A DNA stretch of 63,964 bases, counting the filler, from Mitosporidium daphniae (lineage: Eukaryota), in NCBI RefSeq assembly GCF_000760515.2. It is 5 parts of 5 records of this genome, joined end to end, with 100 filler letters (N's around TTAATTAATTAA, not from the genome) between each part and the next. Parts side by side here need not be neighbours in the genome. Positions count along the whole stretch, not along the records: positions 27,495 to 40,892 come from NW_013546706.1; positions 40,993 to 54,277 come from NW_013546705.1; 3 more parts are not named here. One strand, 5' to 3'. Shown here in pieces: positions 35,157 through 47,725 of the stretch (the stretch's first letter is position 1; every line of letters starts with the position of its first letter). The notes beneath the pieces are model-generated. The model made no database searches. It was given only the letters and a program-made list of their open reading frames with translations, and had not been told where the DNA came from. The position numbers were made by a program, and so were the translations under genes.

Positions 35157-37920
35157 TTAACCTTTATGGTGGTGTGCATTGGAATTAATTTTGGGGTCAA
35201 TGTACAAAAAATTTACTAAAATATTCCATTTTGCGCATAAAATTAGACTGATCCAGATTGAACGGTCCTTTGCACACATGCCGAGGTACAATTTCCGCTC
35301 AGAAACACCAACCTTTATGGCAACGTTTGTCAAATCGTACTTGGTGCTGCCTTTTGACGGCGACTTGATAGGCCTCAATGCCCTCAATAAAGATGGCTTT
35401 TTGAATTTCGCTGCAAAATACATCCATTCTGCAAGATTGGCTCATGAGCTGCGATAACTCTTAAAACAATAGGTTTCAGCCTCGTAGATCTATCCAATCG
35501 CTGCACAAGAGTATGCCAGATAATGGTGCATGTCTTCAAGTAAAATTCTTCCACATGATAAAAGCTAATCAGTGCAGGCGAGAAGAAAAAGTCGCAAGGA
35601 TTTTTGAGCTTTTCATCAACATCGTTCACTGTGACAAGCAGCCTCACTTACTCGAAAGATATCAACAAACACCGGCTACTTTGTGTATGCATCATCATTT
35701 AAGCCGAGGCGACCAACAGCGGTTCTCGTAAACTCTTGTAAATTTGACACTCAAACGAGCAAATACAGCATCCGATATTCCAAAACATGATTTCTTTGCA
35801 GAGGCTACATTTGAACCTTTCACGGTTTCATCATCATCTTCTTGCTTTTGAACTGAGTTCTGCTTTTCGGTGGATTGGACAACAGCATCGCTAATTCACG
35901 CAACATTTTTGGCAAGCGATTAAATAGAAGGCATCACAAACACGAGGAGGAACATCTTTGCTGTGTTGCTAGCTTGAAAAAATTCTAACCCTTTCAGACT
36001 TCCAAATACCACCTTCTGAAAAAGATCCATTTAACCCGACTAGTTGACTTTGCATTGTTCAGATTGAAAATCTTGTCCCAGGTGGGCATTGAATTTCCTT
36101 CAGGATAGGTGGGATACCAAAAGCTCTTCAAAACCTTGGAAAACCCTTCTTGCCAGAGTACAAGTGTTTTCTCTTTACGATCCCTCCTGAACTGGTTCAA
36201 GTGCGCAAAAGTAAAAATTGCTTTCAAGGCAGCTTTCTTATCTAATTTTATGAACTCTGAAAAAAGGGTGATTTTTGATGTCAATTCTTGGTTATCATTT
36301 GCACTGAGCATCGAAAGCATATTTTGATCATTTTTTAGGATTGAAGAAACGAAAATCTTAATCTGGTGGCGTGGATATTTTTTAGACCGAGTCGACGGAC
36401 TAAGAGTCGAAATTCCATTAAATACCTTTCGAGATCTCAGGAGCGCTTGATAAAAGCATTTGGTGGAAACAAGCGTCGAAAAAGTAACCACGCAAAGTGC
36501 AGATGGATTGTTGACATTGACATTGATTCCAAAGCAATGAGGCTGGTCAAGATGCAGCAAAATATCCTCGTTTTTCAAACCGCACTTGGTTTCAAAGAAC
36601 GAGAATTAGCCCTTTATAGGCAAGTCTCTCCAAATTTTTCGAGGCTTCATTTAATAAACGATCACATTTTTCTCTTCATCGTACTAGACCACGCACTTGT
36701 ATTTCTTGGAATCCAGAATTTCTTGCGCTACCTTAAAGTTTGAATGATCCTTCAAAGAGCGCCAACATCAAACAGTGCTGTCGTGCTGGTTTCCAAAATC
36801 AAAGCATCAAAGCATCAAATTGGGCATCTTTTTGTCAAAAAGCCCCATAGTTTCGAATTTCGGGATAATCTTTTGTGTAGCAATTTAGAGGAGCAAAAGC
36901 AAACGAATTGTGGGTTCGTCTCTCGATGACACAAGATTGTATGATATCAATATTAACCTTCGGGATCGCTTCAAAGTTCATCCAATTGTATAAGATACTG
37001 CTGTATGCAACGATCTGGCTGCAAGATAAAATAAATTCAATGGGAGATGATAAGATCCGATGAGGCGATTTTTTGATGCCCTCAATTACTGCATGCTTCA
37101 AAAAGGCCTTGAGATTTTCGTAATTTTCGCATATCTTTTCTTTTAAATGGCTAAATATTCGAAAACGGACGACTTGCTTTTCCTCGTGCTTTTTTCAAGT
37201 TCGTCATAATGATAAAGTTTCAGAGTGGAATAGATATTCTCTTCGTTAAAGAATAAAGGAGCCTCGCTGAGACCTTTCATTTCGTTTTCAAGGTAAAATT
37301 TTATCAAAATTGCAATGGCAAATATCTGGTTTCCAAAACTTCTGCTTTCTCTTGGTGCATTTTTCATCGAATATGAGATGGGATATGCAAACAGAGATTC
37401 CATGGATGCTCCGCACCTGACATTGCGAACATTCTCCCAGAAATCGACAAAAAGGTGATCAGCGATCAAAACGCGAGTTTTCTCTTACTGGTATTTTTCA
37501 AAATCTTTTCGAACCTCTTGTTCAATATCTTTTTGAAGAACTCGGTATAAGATCGCTCAAGTGAATTCTTCATCTCAAAAATGGTGATCTGTTTTCTCGA
37601 TTTTGCGACCGGAATATCTTTTTGTCTCTCAAAGACAGCAAACAGTCAATAAGCAGATCAATGACCTTCCCGTGTTTTTCATGTGGCTCGTTTGTGTCAA
37701 CCCCAAAAAAGAGACCCATTTGAATGTTCAGTTTTCTGCAACTACAGCTCATTTCTGGTATCAAGGTGTCATTTCTTTGATCTTGAGCAATGCAGGCAGG
37801 TTGGATTGATGTCAAAAGAACGGGGACCAGAGATCGATGAATTTCTACCAAATTCACTCCTATTTCGGTGTGTCGGCTGTTTGGAGCGTTGCGCATGTTT
37901 TTCTTGCATTTCTTGGACAT
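35157..37920 (-). pseudogene. degenerate copy B of tandem multigene family
   Basis: 35994-36578 nearly identical to part of 40015-40824 (LDQPHCFG, YQALLR, KKYPRHQI, ANDNQELTSKITLFSE); multiple frame breaks; C-terminal TM part lost. Confidence 0.8.
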
Positions 37921-38670
37921 TCCCTGTCATTCCGTGTCATTTTGGTCTGTTTTCGAGACAATAAAATTTTCGACATTTTTCGACATGTTAAGCATGGTAT
38001 GGCTGGAGAAAGAAAATCAGCATTTTCAGTTCAGCAGGTAAAATTAAATTTTGATCTAGGGTTGGTTCCAAAATTTTCAATTGATTTCAATTCTAGTTCG
38101 TGGTCTTCTCTTTCCAATCTCTCCATGCATGCCATTGCATGTGTCGAACATGAAATTTTGCATTTTCCAGCGTTGCGCTAGGCTGCACGGAACCGGCATC
38201 TGGATTCCGAAACTAGCAATGGCGCCTTCGACAAGCGCGGTCTTCACATCCATTCTGCATATTTTGTCTCTTTCGTGTGCTGTTTCTTTTTGGTTTGTTT
38301 CATTTGGGCACTTATCTTGTAGCCCGAAATCCCAATGCACTTGGATATTGAGAATAGAATAGCATCATCAAATCCAGCTAGCTTAGAGCCAAGCCACATC
38401 ATCGACACAAATATGATGCTTATCTAGTGAGATGCGTTAATAAACAATGACCAAAAGATGAAATGAAACCCGCCTTTATTTTGGATTAGTTTTGGTCGTT
38501 CTATTTATCCGTGTTATCAAATTTGAAAGAACGACGTGTTCAACCAAAATTTTCTCAAAAGCTTATTAAAACCTACCAAAAGTTTGCCAAAAGCCTACTA
38601 AGCCTACCAAAAATTTACTAAAATGTCATATTTTCAGTTTAATTAATTTAATTGGCATCAGCCATTAATC

Positions 38671-40892
38671 TCAAAGCAATTCCAAAACAAGGAAGAAGAT
38701 GGAAGTAATCAAAATTCCAACAAGGCCAGTGTGGCGAGCAGAGGCTGAATTGCCATCAATTTTAGGCAAGCATCCACCTTTGATCGCATTTGCTTCAACA
38801 CTCGTTAAAACATCCTGAGACGCAAATGTTGCTGATCGACTTGAGCTATCCTTTTTTTCAGCATTTACATGATTTTGATACGCTACCCACAGGCCATAAG
38901 TAATTGAAACCGAAACTCCAGCAGCAACCAGCGTCAGTTTGGCGGTTCGCGAAATCAGCAAAAAGTAATGAGAGATGCTTATTGACGACGGTTTGGATGC
39001 ACCATAGTAGTGAGAGTATAAGAAATATGCACTCCATCCAATGCAAAGCAAAAAGAATCCACCGATGACGGTTGATTTAAGCATAGTGCTTTCATAGCGC
39101 ACTTTGGCCTCTGGGTTGGAGTAAGCGGATTCTTCCGCCGTTAAATTAGCATTTGTAATTGAAAGATTCTCTGGTTTAACGTTAATGGAGAGCCTCTCAG
39201 ATGCTATTGGCTCGCTGTCCTTTTCATATATTTTGAGGCGCAATTTCCCTTCAGAAATGCTTGTTTTTATGGAAACATTTTTGAAATCGTATTTTTGAAT
39301 ACCTTTGAATTGCCCCTTTATACGTCTCAATACCCTCAATGAAGATAGCTTTCTGAATTTGATTGCAAAATAGATCCATTTCTGCAAAATTAGCTCATGA
39401 GCTGCGATAAAACCAAAAATCAAATCTCTATCAGCCTTTGTACAGCTATCTAAAAGATCCATAAAACCAATGGCACCACCAGAGTATGCTAAATAGTGAA
39501 GCATGTTTTCAAGTAAAATTCTTCCACATCATAAATGTTGATCAGTGCAGGCGAGAAGAAAAAGCGAGAGGGATTTTTGAGCTTTTCGGCGACATCGTTC
39601 ATTGTGGCGAATACCTTTTTTCCTTTGAAAATATCAACAAACACCGGATACTTTGTGTATGCATCGTTCAAATTGAGGCGATCAACAACTGTTGTTGCAA
39701 AATCTTTTGTAAATTTAGCCCTTAAATTATCAAGTACAGCATCAGATATTCCAAAAAGTGAAGACTTTGCAGGGATTAAATTTTTGTCTTCGAGGTTTTC
39801 ATGAATCTGTTCCTGCTCTTGGACAGATTCCTGCTTTTGGACAGATTCCTGCTTTTGGACAGATTCCTGCCCTTGCGTCGATTGGACAACAGCCTCGCTA
39901 TCCAATGCAGGGGTATTTTCAACCGATGGAATCAAAGATATGTTAAAATTGCGGAAAAAGGTGTCCCCTGTCTCGCTAGCTTGAAAGAATTTCAAAATTT
40001 CAGATTTTGAAATATCAGTTTGAGAAAAAAAAGATCCATTTAAACTGATTGATAGACGTTGGAGTGTTCGGGCCAAGAATCTTGTCCCAGTTGGGAATTT
40101 GATTGTCTGCAGAGGAATATGCGGGAGACCAGAAGCTCTTCAAAACATTGGAAAAGAATTCTTGCCAGGGTACAAGTGTTTTTTCTTTACGATCCCTCTT
40201 GAGCTGGTTCAAATGAGCACAAGTAAAAATTGTTTTCAAAGCAGCCTTTTTATCAGACTTTATGACCTCTGAAAAAAGGGTGATTTTTGATGTCAATTCT
40301 TGGTTGTCATTTGCACTGAGCGTCGAAAGCATATTTTGATCATTTTTTAGGATTGAAGAAACAAACATCCTAATCTGGTGGCGTGGATATTTTTTAGGCT
40401 GAGTGTACTCATTAACAGTCGAAATTCCATTCAGCAGCTTTCGGGCTCTCAAGAGCGCTTGGTAAAAGCTTTTAGTGTACACAAGCGTCGAGAAAGTAAC
40501 CACGCAAACTGCAAATGGATTGTTGACATCGACATTGGTTCCAAAGCAATGGGGCTGGTCAAGATACAAAAAAATCTCATCATTTTTCAAATTGTGCTTG
40601 GTTTTAAGAAACAAAAATTGGCCCTCTACAGGCAAATCCCACCCGATTCTGCCAGTTTCCGTTTGATAAGCGATCACATTTTCTTTTTCATCGTAATAGA
40701 CGACGCAATTGTATTTCTTTGAATCCAGGATTTCGTGTGCTACCATGGATTTGGAATGAGTCTTCAAAAGAGCACCGACATCAAACAATTGTGTAGTGCT
40801 GGTTTCCAAAATGAAGGCCATCAAAGAATCAAATTGGGCATCTTTTTTGCTACGAAGCCTCAGATTTTGACTTCAAGATAAAATAAATTCAG
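38671..40892 (-). pseudogene. least degenerate copy C of tandem family (DUF3638-associated-like domain plus C-terminal TM helices), split into three frames, 5' end in gap
   Basis: ORFs 40015-40824, 39489-40076 and 38671-39504 are collinear with copies A and B; one break lies at an A8 tract (40025-40032). Confidence 0.7.
39819..39872 (-). repeat. 18-bp tandem repeat x3 encoding QESVQK
   Basis: ttggacagattcctgc repeated with period 18. Confidence 0.9.
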
Positions 40893-42940
40893 NNNNNNNN
40901 NNNNNNNNNNNNNNNNNNNNNNNNNNNNNNNNNNNNTTAATTAATTAANNNNNNNNNNNNNNNNNNNNNNNNNNNNNNNNNNNNNNNNNNNNATCCGATT
41001 TTCTCTGCGATAAGTCTTTTTTCGGCAAAGTTTGTTGCTCTAAAAGTGATGTTGAAGCGGATCGTGATTTTTCACATAAAGACTCTATAAATGAAATGGA
41101 ATTACAATCTATTTCCAGAGTGAATCCTGTTTCTGTTTTGGTGCAGGAGGTCGCTTAGGCAAATTAGTTGAAAATTTAGGGTTTAATAAATTGGATATTC
41201 AAATTATTTGATGTCGTCATACACAGTTGATGGCCGGACCTATCGCCTGATTGGCAAAATCAGGCGGGACTCCTCGTCAAAGGTCTATTTGGCCGGCCAA
41301 TTTCGACATAATTTGAATGTTTCCCTTGAGCTAGTAAGAAATAGTGATTTATGATTTAGATATCCTCTTCCTGAGCAATCGACATTGCAAATGAGGTTTT
41401 GATTCATCAATTGTTAAGCGCAAGACCAAATCCAAAGATCGCCCATTTCATTGCGCGGATGTCTCCAGCGGGGAACTATTCCACAGCACATCTTTTTTTC
41501 TGGCGGAATAGTATGTGAAACAGAAGCCACGGCATATCTGTTCTAAACTGTGCAACGAACATTTTTTTTATGCATCGACATGGGTTTCTTCATCGAGACA
41601 TTAAACTTTCAAACATTCTCATAACCACAGACTGCGTGAACGCTGTAAATTTTTCCTTGTGATTGGGATACACAAATTGGCCGATTTTGGGCTTTCAATC
41701 ACTCAAGAAAGCTTGATCGCCGATTCCCATGCAATGAAGTGTAGAATACCCGCATATTTAGCCCCGTGTTGGCTCATATTTTAGTCTTCAGAGAAACATT
41801 ATTGGCTGAGACGACCTGCTATTTATAACCCATTGATACGTGGTCATTTGGCACAGTTGCATACAAATTGGTGAGTGGAAATTTTCGGTCTGCCCCGATT
41901 CTTTTTAGCGATTTGGCCCGAGGGACTTCAGAAAATGCCATCTGGTTCCTGGCTACTGTCTTTTCAGAAAACCCCCATACTCGAGCAACGGCTGCAGAAA
42001 TCCAATAGCATGTGCTCGTTTGTCACCATCCACTTTTGAATATATTCACCGAAAACCAGCTTCAAAGGCTACAATTGAAGGCCTTTCCGAGAATTAATTT
42101 TGCTCCCCTATTTTTGAGGTTCTTTTTTCAAAAGGAATACAAAGCCACGCTTGACGAATCGAAAATCTGGATTCTGACACCGCATCACTATCCTGAGCAA
42201 GGCCTCTAACTGACATTATCGTTGCATCATCACTCGTTTTGCACTTTTGTTTTTCTTTAGAAAATAATATTACCTTTGAGGCCAACCAAAAAAAGATGGT
42301 ATCGATTTGGATGAACAATCAGCCCAACGCTGCCTGGAAAAATTCACGCTGCCTGCTCCGCTTACCCCGATATTTACCACATCTACCAGATGGCTCGAAA
42401 GTTTTTTCTAAAATACCAAAAGCTGTATTTCTCTTGTAAAAGGATGCAATTTCTGGAATCCTCATTTCAAATGGCTCAGGTGAGGACCTTTTTCCATAAT
42501 GGAACATCCAGGGCGAAGATTTATCGAATTGTGCCAAAAATTTCCAAAATATTCGTTTACAGCGGTTTCGATAAGTGATCTGATTTTTGCTACAGTTTTC
42601 TATTGAATATTGATCGGTGTCCCATTTAACGTTCATAAATATTTGAAGTTTCACACACTCTCTTATGGCATTCATTAATGCATCGATGAATTTGAATTTT
42701 ATTTTTACCGAATAAATGTGGAAGGTATTTTGAATTTGGGCCAACATTTATGAGGTGGTAGTTTTTCACGGCTTTTCAATAACGTTGCGTTGGAGCGCCA
42801 AATTTGGCAGTTATTTCATTGAATCGAAGGAATATATTGTGCACGAACAGATTTATCCCATTCCAGTAATGCACGCTTGCAATCAATAGCATAAGTTTAG
42901 GTTAGTGACCCCAAACTAGGAAAATATTCGTATGGGATTA

Positions 42941-43708
42941 TTAGTTAATGGCCTTAAAAACGTTTAATTTATTCTTATGTGGAACCATTTGGTGGTACTC
43001 CCCCTGGGTAATGTTGTTTAGCTGATGAAGGTTTTTCTTTTTGATTTTCTGGAGTTTGTTTGGGGTGCTCTTTTTTTGATTTTCTTTAGCTTGTGAAATT
43101 GTCGTCTCGTTTAGAATTCTGTCGATATCTTCTATACCATTTTGAATTTGTTCACCATTTGAAGCTTTTAGATCTTGTTGATTTTTTTTATCTGATGGCT
43201 GTTTTAGTTTTTTTAGAAGCTCGTCTAAAAGCTCGTCTAAAAGCGTGCCTAAAAGCTCATTTTGAATCTCGTCTATATCTTTTATACTCTTTTCAATCTC
43301 TTCATCTTTTGAACCTTTTAAAGTTTCCAGAGTTTTTTGTTCATCTCGTAGATCTTTTTGATTTTTTTCTTGCGCAAGATCTTGTAGAGCTGGTAGATAT
43401 TTTTCAGTTAATACAGACTTTGGAACTAGTAGAGCTTGAAGAGCCTGTACACATTCTCGAAGTTCCAAAATATCTTGATCTAATAGATCTCGGGTTTTTA
43501 ATATAGCATCTAGATTTTCTCCCGTTTTTTTCACTGTTTGAAGTATTACAACTTGTTGGTCGTCTGCTCGATCTTGTAAATTTCTTTTGTTTGCATCATC
43601 TTCAGCTTTTAATTGGGGGAGCATCAGAATTGCAATGAAAGTTACGATAAATATAAGCTTTGGAAAGATCATCAAAGTGGACAAATTTTTGAAAAAGTTG
43701 CTACCCAT
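42941..43708 (-). CDS. secreted coiled-coil protein, unknown function
   Basis: Signal-like MIFPKLIFIVTFIAILMLPQLKA then K/E/D/Q/L-rich helices; AT-rich, intronless. Confidence 0.7.
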   Translation of the reverse strand: MGSNFFKNLSTLMIFPKLIFIVTFIAILMLPQLKAEDDANKRNLQDRADDQQVVILQTVKKTGENLDAILKTRDLLDQDILELRECVQALQALLVPKSVLTEKYLPALQDLAQEKNQKDLRDEQKTLETLKGSKDEEIEKSIKDIDEIQNELLGTLLDELLDELLKKLKQPSDKKNQQDLKASNGEQIQNGIEDIDRILNETTISQAKENQKKSTPNKLQKIKKKNLHQLNNITQGEYHQMVPHKNKLNVFKAIN

Positions 43709-45435
43709 TTATAGACTGTTTTGCACATGAAATTTTGCATCCAATTGCAATATTAAATTCATCGATTACTCAAATGATCAATTAAACTCCGAAGGTTGAC
43801 TCATCAGGTCTTCATATTTCCAAGAAATTCTCTGCAATATTTTATCAAATGGATATCCTTGTCAAAAAGCTGATATCTGCCGTTATTTAGCAAGGACATC
43901 CTCTTCAAATAAGAATCTTTTTAGAACATCATACAAACTTCCCTTATCTTTTCAAGTTTTGCTGTACTTTCTGAATTTCAGTCACATATGATATAGAAAA
44001 CCGAAGTAAATGACGTAGAGTCTATTAAATAGCCTTGTTAAGCCTAAATTCTTCTGTAAATTGACCAGATTCAACGATAATGTCTTTTAGCTGAATCGAG
44101 TAACTTGATTTAAAGCAGCTAGATGCGCATACAGTGGACACACGACCGCCGCATTGAGTCTTTGGATCTGGTATATTACAGCTTTCACTTAACTCTAACC
44201 GCCCAAGATAAATTAAGTTTAACCAAGCAGATGCCAGCACTGGCCGGATATTCTGTCTAAATTGGCTCTCAATCGTACTAGGAATCATTGAAAGCCTCGA
44301 TACTTTCCATTCTGAATATGCTGAAGGATTTGATCCGTTTAAATATTGTTATAGATATTATGGCCACTGGTAGAGCAGACTTGAAGTTCAGCCGCAAAAA
44401 AACATTTTAAGGTTACCACCGCTAAATGGAACTTTAGCCAAACACAAAAATCGAGACCTTGAGAAATTTTTATTACGGTGAAATAGGTAAGTTTCAAGTA
44501 TCCAACATATTCAAGCCAACGAGATAACTGTAAATTTATCATTCAAGATCTGTAAAATTTAATGAGCTAGAGTTGATCGGAATTCATCCGGACATATTAC
44601 AGGCGTTTGGGTTGAATATGAAAAATTTCGCAGCTCCATGGCAAATATAAATGGAGTGCTTGATTGTTCCTTGCTAGCCGATTAGATGAAGTGGATTTCG
44701 GAGACTACATCGGAAAGCTCCACTTTATTTGAATCATTTCCTTCAATACGTAAAGCCCTTATTTTCTGTGCAAATGGAATATTTTGCTTTCATAATCCTG
44801 AAGATGCTAGTGTAAATGTATTCATATATGGATAATTCCGTGCTTATTTGTTGTTTATTACTCAAAAAGACCTTTGTGGGGGGATTAACTATTTGAGCAA
44901 GGAGTAATAATGTTCATCAGGGTTAGGTATGGATTTCCAATAAAAACCGAAGAAAGAGGCATCTGCACATATGTCTACGTTTGGCTTAAATTGAAGATAC
45001 ACCCATCTCTAGTTGTTTCCTTTTTGCGGTGGTTTATGTGCTACTGCGATGCTGATTTTTGAAAATATCACTCGAAAAAATCCTTGGCTTCCTTTCGTAA
45101 GCTAGAGCGAACGAGAAATAATAACTTCTTTTCGTGGCCAAGATTTGTAGAAAAAGTCGCCTGGATACATGTCGGAAATAAAAGGAAATCAGTACTGATT
45201 TCACTTGGCTGTATTAATGGATCGCGCAGGCAACCTATTCCAATCTGTCTTGTGATATGGTGTTGAAATCCCAGTATGATTGGTAACCGATCAATGGTCA
45301 GCAAGGTCGATCCTGATACATATATGCAAGCAGCGTGGGTGCGGGAAGTGTTTCAAAATCAGCTAGTCAATGGCTATTATCAGATTGAAAATATAAAGTT
45401 GCTTTTTACAGTGTGATATTTACAGAGTGCACTAT

Positions 45436-47383
45436 ATGAACTCCTCGGCCTTTTCGTCGTTTCGGAATGCGTTACGCGGTACTTTATCTTCCTTTCGCAG
45501 ATCATCGTCAAGATACAACTATCCATACGCGGCTAGAGTAGGAATCGCCGCGACAATTGTAGCAGTTTCGGGTGTCGGAATCGCCACTCTTTTGAGTAAG
45601 GATGCTGATAGCGGGCCCTTTCAAGTATATGCAGATTCAAAGGTCCAATCAATACAGAGACCCAGCTTGACCAAGTGGATCCCACCAACAAGAGAAAGTC
45701 TTTTATCTGATTTGAAAAAGACCGAGGTCTATGATCTGCTTGTGATCGGAGGCGGTGCTACGGGTGTTGGCTGTGCTTTGGAAGCAGCGTCCAGAGGGCT
45801 TAAAGTTGCTCTTGTGGAGCGCGAAGATTTTGCCTCAGGGACCTCCTCAAAGTCAACAAAGTTCGTACATGGTGGTGTGAGATATTTGGAAAAGGCCGTT
45901 ATGGGGCTCGATTGGGAGCAATACAAACTGGTTCGCGAGGCTCTCAGTGAAAGATCAACCTTTTTGAAGATAGCACCTCATCTTTCCCATTCAATGCCAA
46001 TCTTGCTGCCCATCTACAAGTGGTACCTTGTGCCATACTTCTGGGCAGGATCAAAAGCCTATGATCTGATTGCGGGCACGCAGGGTGTCTCCACCTCCTA
46101 CTTTATGTCGCGCACAAAGGCAATTGAGGCCTTTCCCCTGATCAAGCAAGAAGGCCTTGCTGGTGCCATGGTCTATTATGATGGCATGCACAATGATTCC
46201 AGAACCAATGTCTCCATTGCTCTCACCGCAATCGCAATGGGAGCAACTGCTGTCAATCATGTTGAGGTGACTTCTCTTACCAAAAACCCGGAATCAGGAA
46301 AGATTTCAGGCGCCATTGTTCGTGATTCTATCTCTGGAGAGTCTTTTCCTATCAAAGCAAAGGGAGTTATTAATGCCACAGGGCCTTATTGTGATAGTAT
46401 CCGTATGATGGATGAGCCAAATATCAAGGCCATGGTTTCTCCATCTTCCGGAGTTCACATCGTTCTTCCCAGCCATTACTCACCCTCCAAAATGGGTCTT
46501 TTAGACCCGGCTACCTCCGATGGTCGTGTAGTTTTTGTTCTTCCGTGGCAAGGAAGCGTGGTTGCAGGAACCACCGATGAACCATCTAATCTCTCTTATG
46601 ATCCAATTCCGGCAGAAAAAGACATCCAATTTATTCTCAACGAGGTCTCTCATTTTTTGAATCCCAGCGTCAAGATCCCGCGCGAGGATGTCTTGGCAGC
46701 CTGGTGCGGCATTCGTCCTTTGATCAAAGATCCAAACTCAACCACAACGCAGAGCCTTGTTCGCTCTCATCTCGTCTCCGAATCTCTCTCCGGTCTTATG
46801 ACGATATCAGGCGGAAAATGGACTACCTTCAGAAATATGGCGGAAGAGACCATCATTGAGGCCATCAAGTCGTTTAGTAACTTTGCTTTAACTTACGGTA
46901 GAATTACTCCCCAAGGGCCCTTCCATCACTGCAAAAACGGAGCTAATTGGAGCAGACACATTTAGTCGCGCTACCACGGCCCTTGATCTTATCCACAAAT
47001 ACAAACTAGACGGCGAAACAGCAGACCATCTCGTCCAGAATTATGGAGATCGTGCTTACATGATTGTTGAACTCGATGCCAAGGGCACATCCGACGCTGC
47101 CAAAGGAAAACGCCTTCCAGATTATAGCCGAATTGTCCCCGATTATCCGTTCTTGGAGGCAGAAATAAGATATGCCGCACGTCATGAGTACGCCCAGACT
47201 GCAGTCGACATTTTGGCCCGTCGCACTCGTCTCGCCTTTTTGAACTCAAAAGCAGCGCTTGAATCTCTCCCAAAGATTGTCTCAATTATGGCAGCCGAGG
47301 CTGGGTGGTCCACAGACCGCCAAGCCAAGGAAACCGCAAACGCCATCAAGTTCCTGAAGTCCATGGGACTCCAAGACCAATAA
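45436..47383 (+). CDS. GUT2: mitochondrial FAD-dependent glycerol-3-phosphate dehydrogenase
   Basis: YDLLVIGGGATG, DFASGTSSKSTK.VHGGVRYL, GGKWTTFR, DILARRTRLAFL; 25-nt intron 46877-46901; presequence-like N-terminus. Confidence 0.97.
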
Positions 47384-47725
47384 AGGATGATTACTTGGCA
47401 AATTCATAACTTGTGTCAAGATCTTGCCTGTGATTTTAGTACCTACATACGAATGCGAGTGCAAGTGTGGAGTCAGGCTGATCCGATCTGCGAGTCCTAA
47501 ATTTCAACGGCCGTTTGGAATAGAAGCCATCGATAGTATGGAACTCGTCACATTGGACAATCAAACACTTTATTTTAAAAGTTAAAAATTAAATTCTACT
47601 TATGGGAAGCATTTGTCGGAGCACATCTGGTTGGTTTACCCAAAAAACAAGCGATAAGTTTTATGTAAAGATGCTGTAATTGTTGAACAAAGTAACGGTT
47701 TGATTTAATACCCGATGACAAGGCA

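Noticed and set aside
27495..40892. Repeated unit as a transposable element
   Set aside because: No transposase, reverse transcriptase or integrase motifs, terminal repeats or target-site duplications seen
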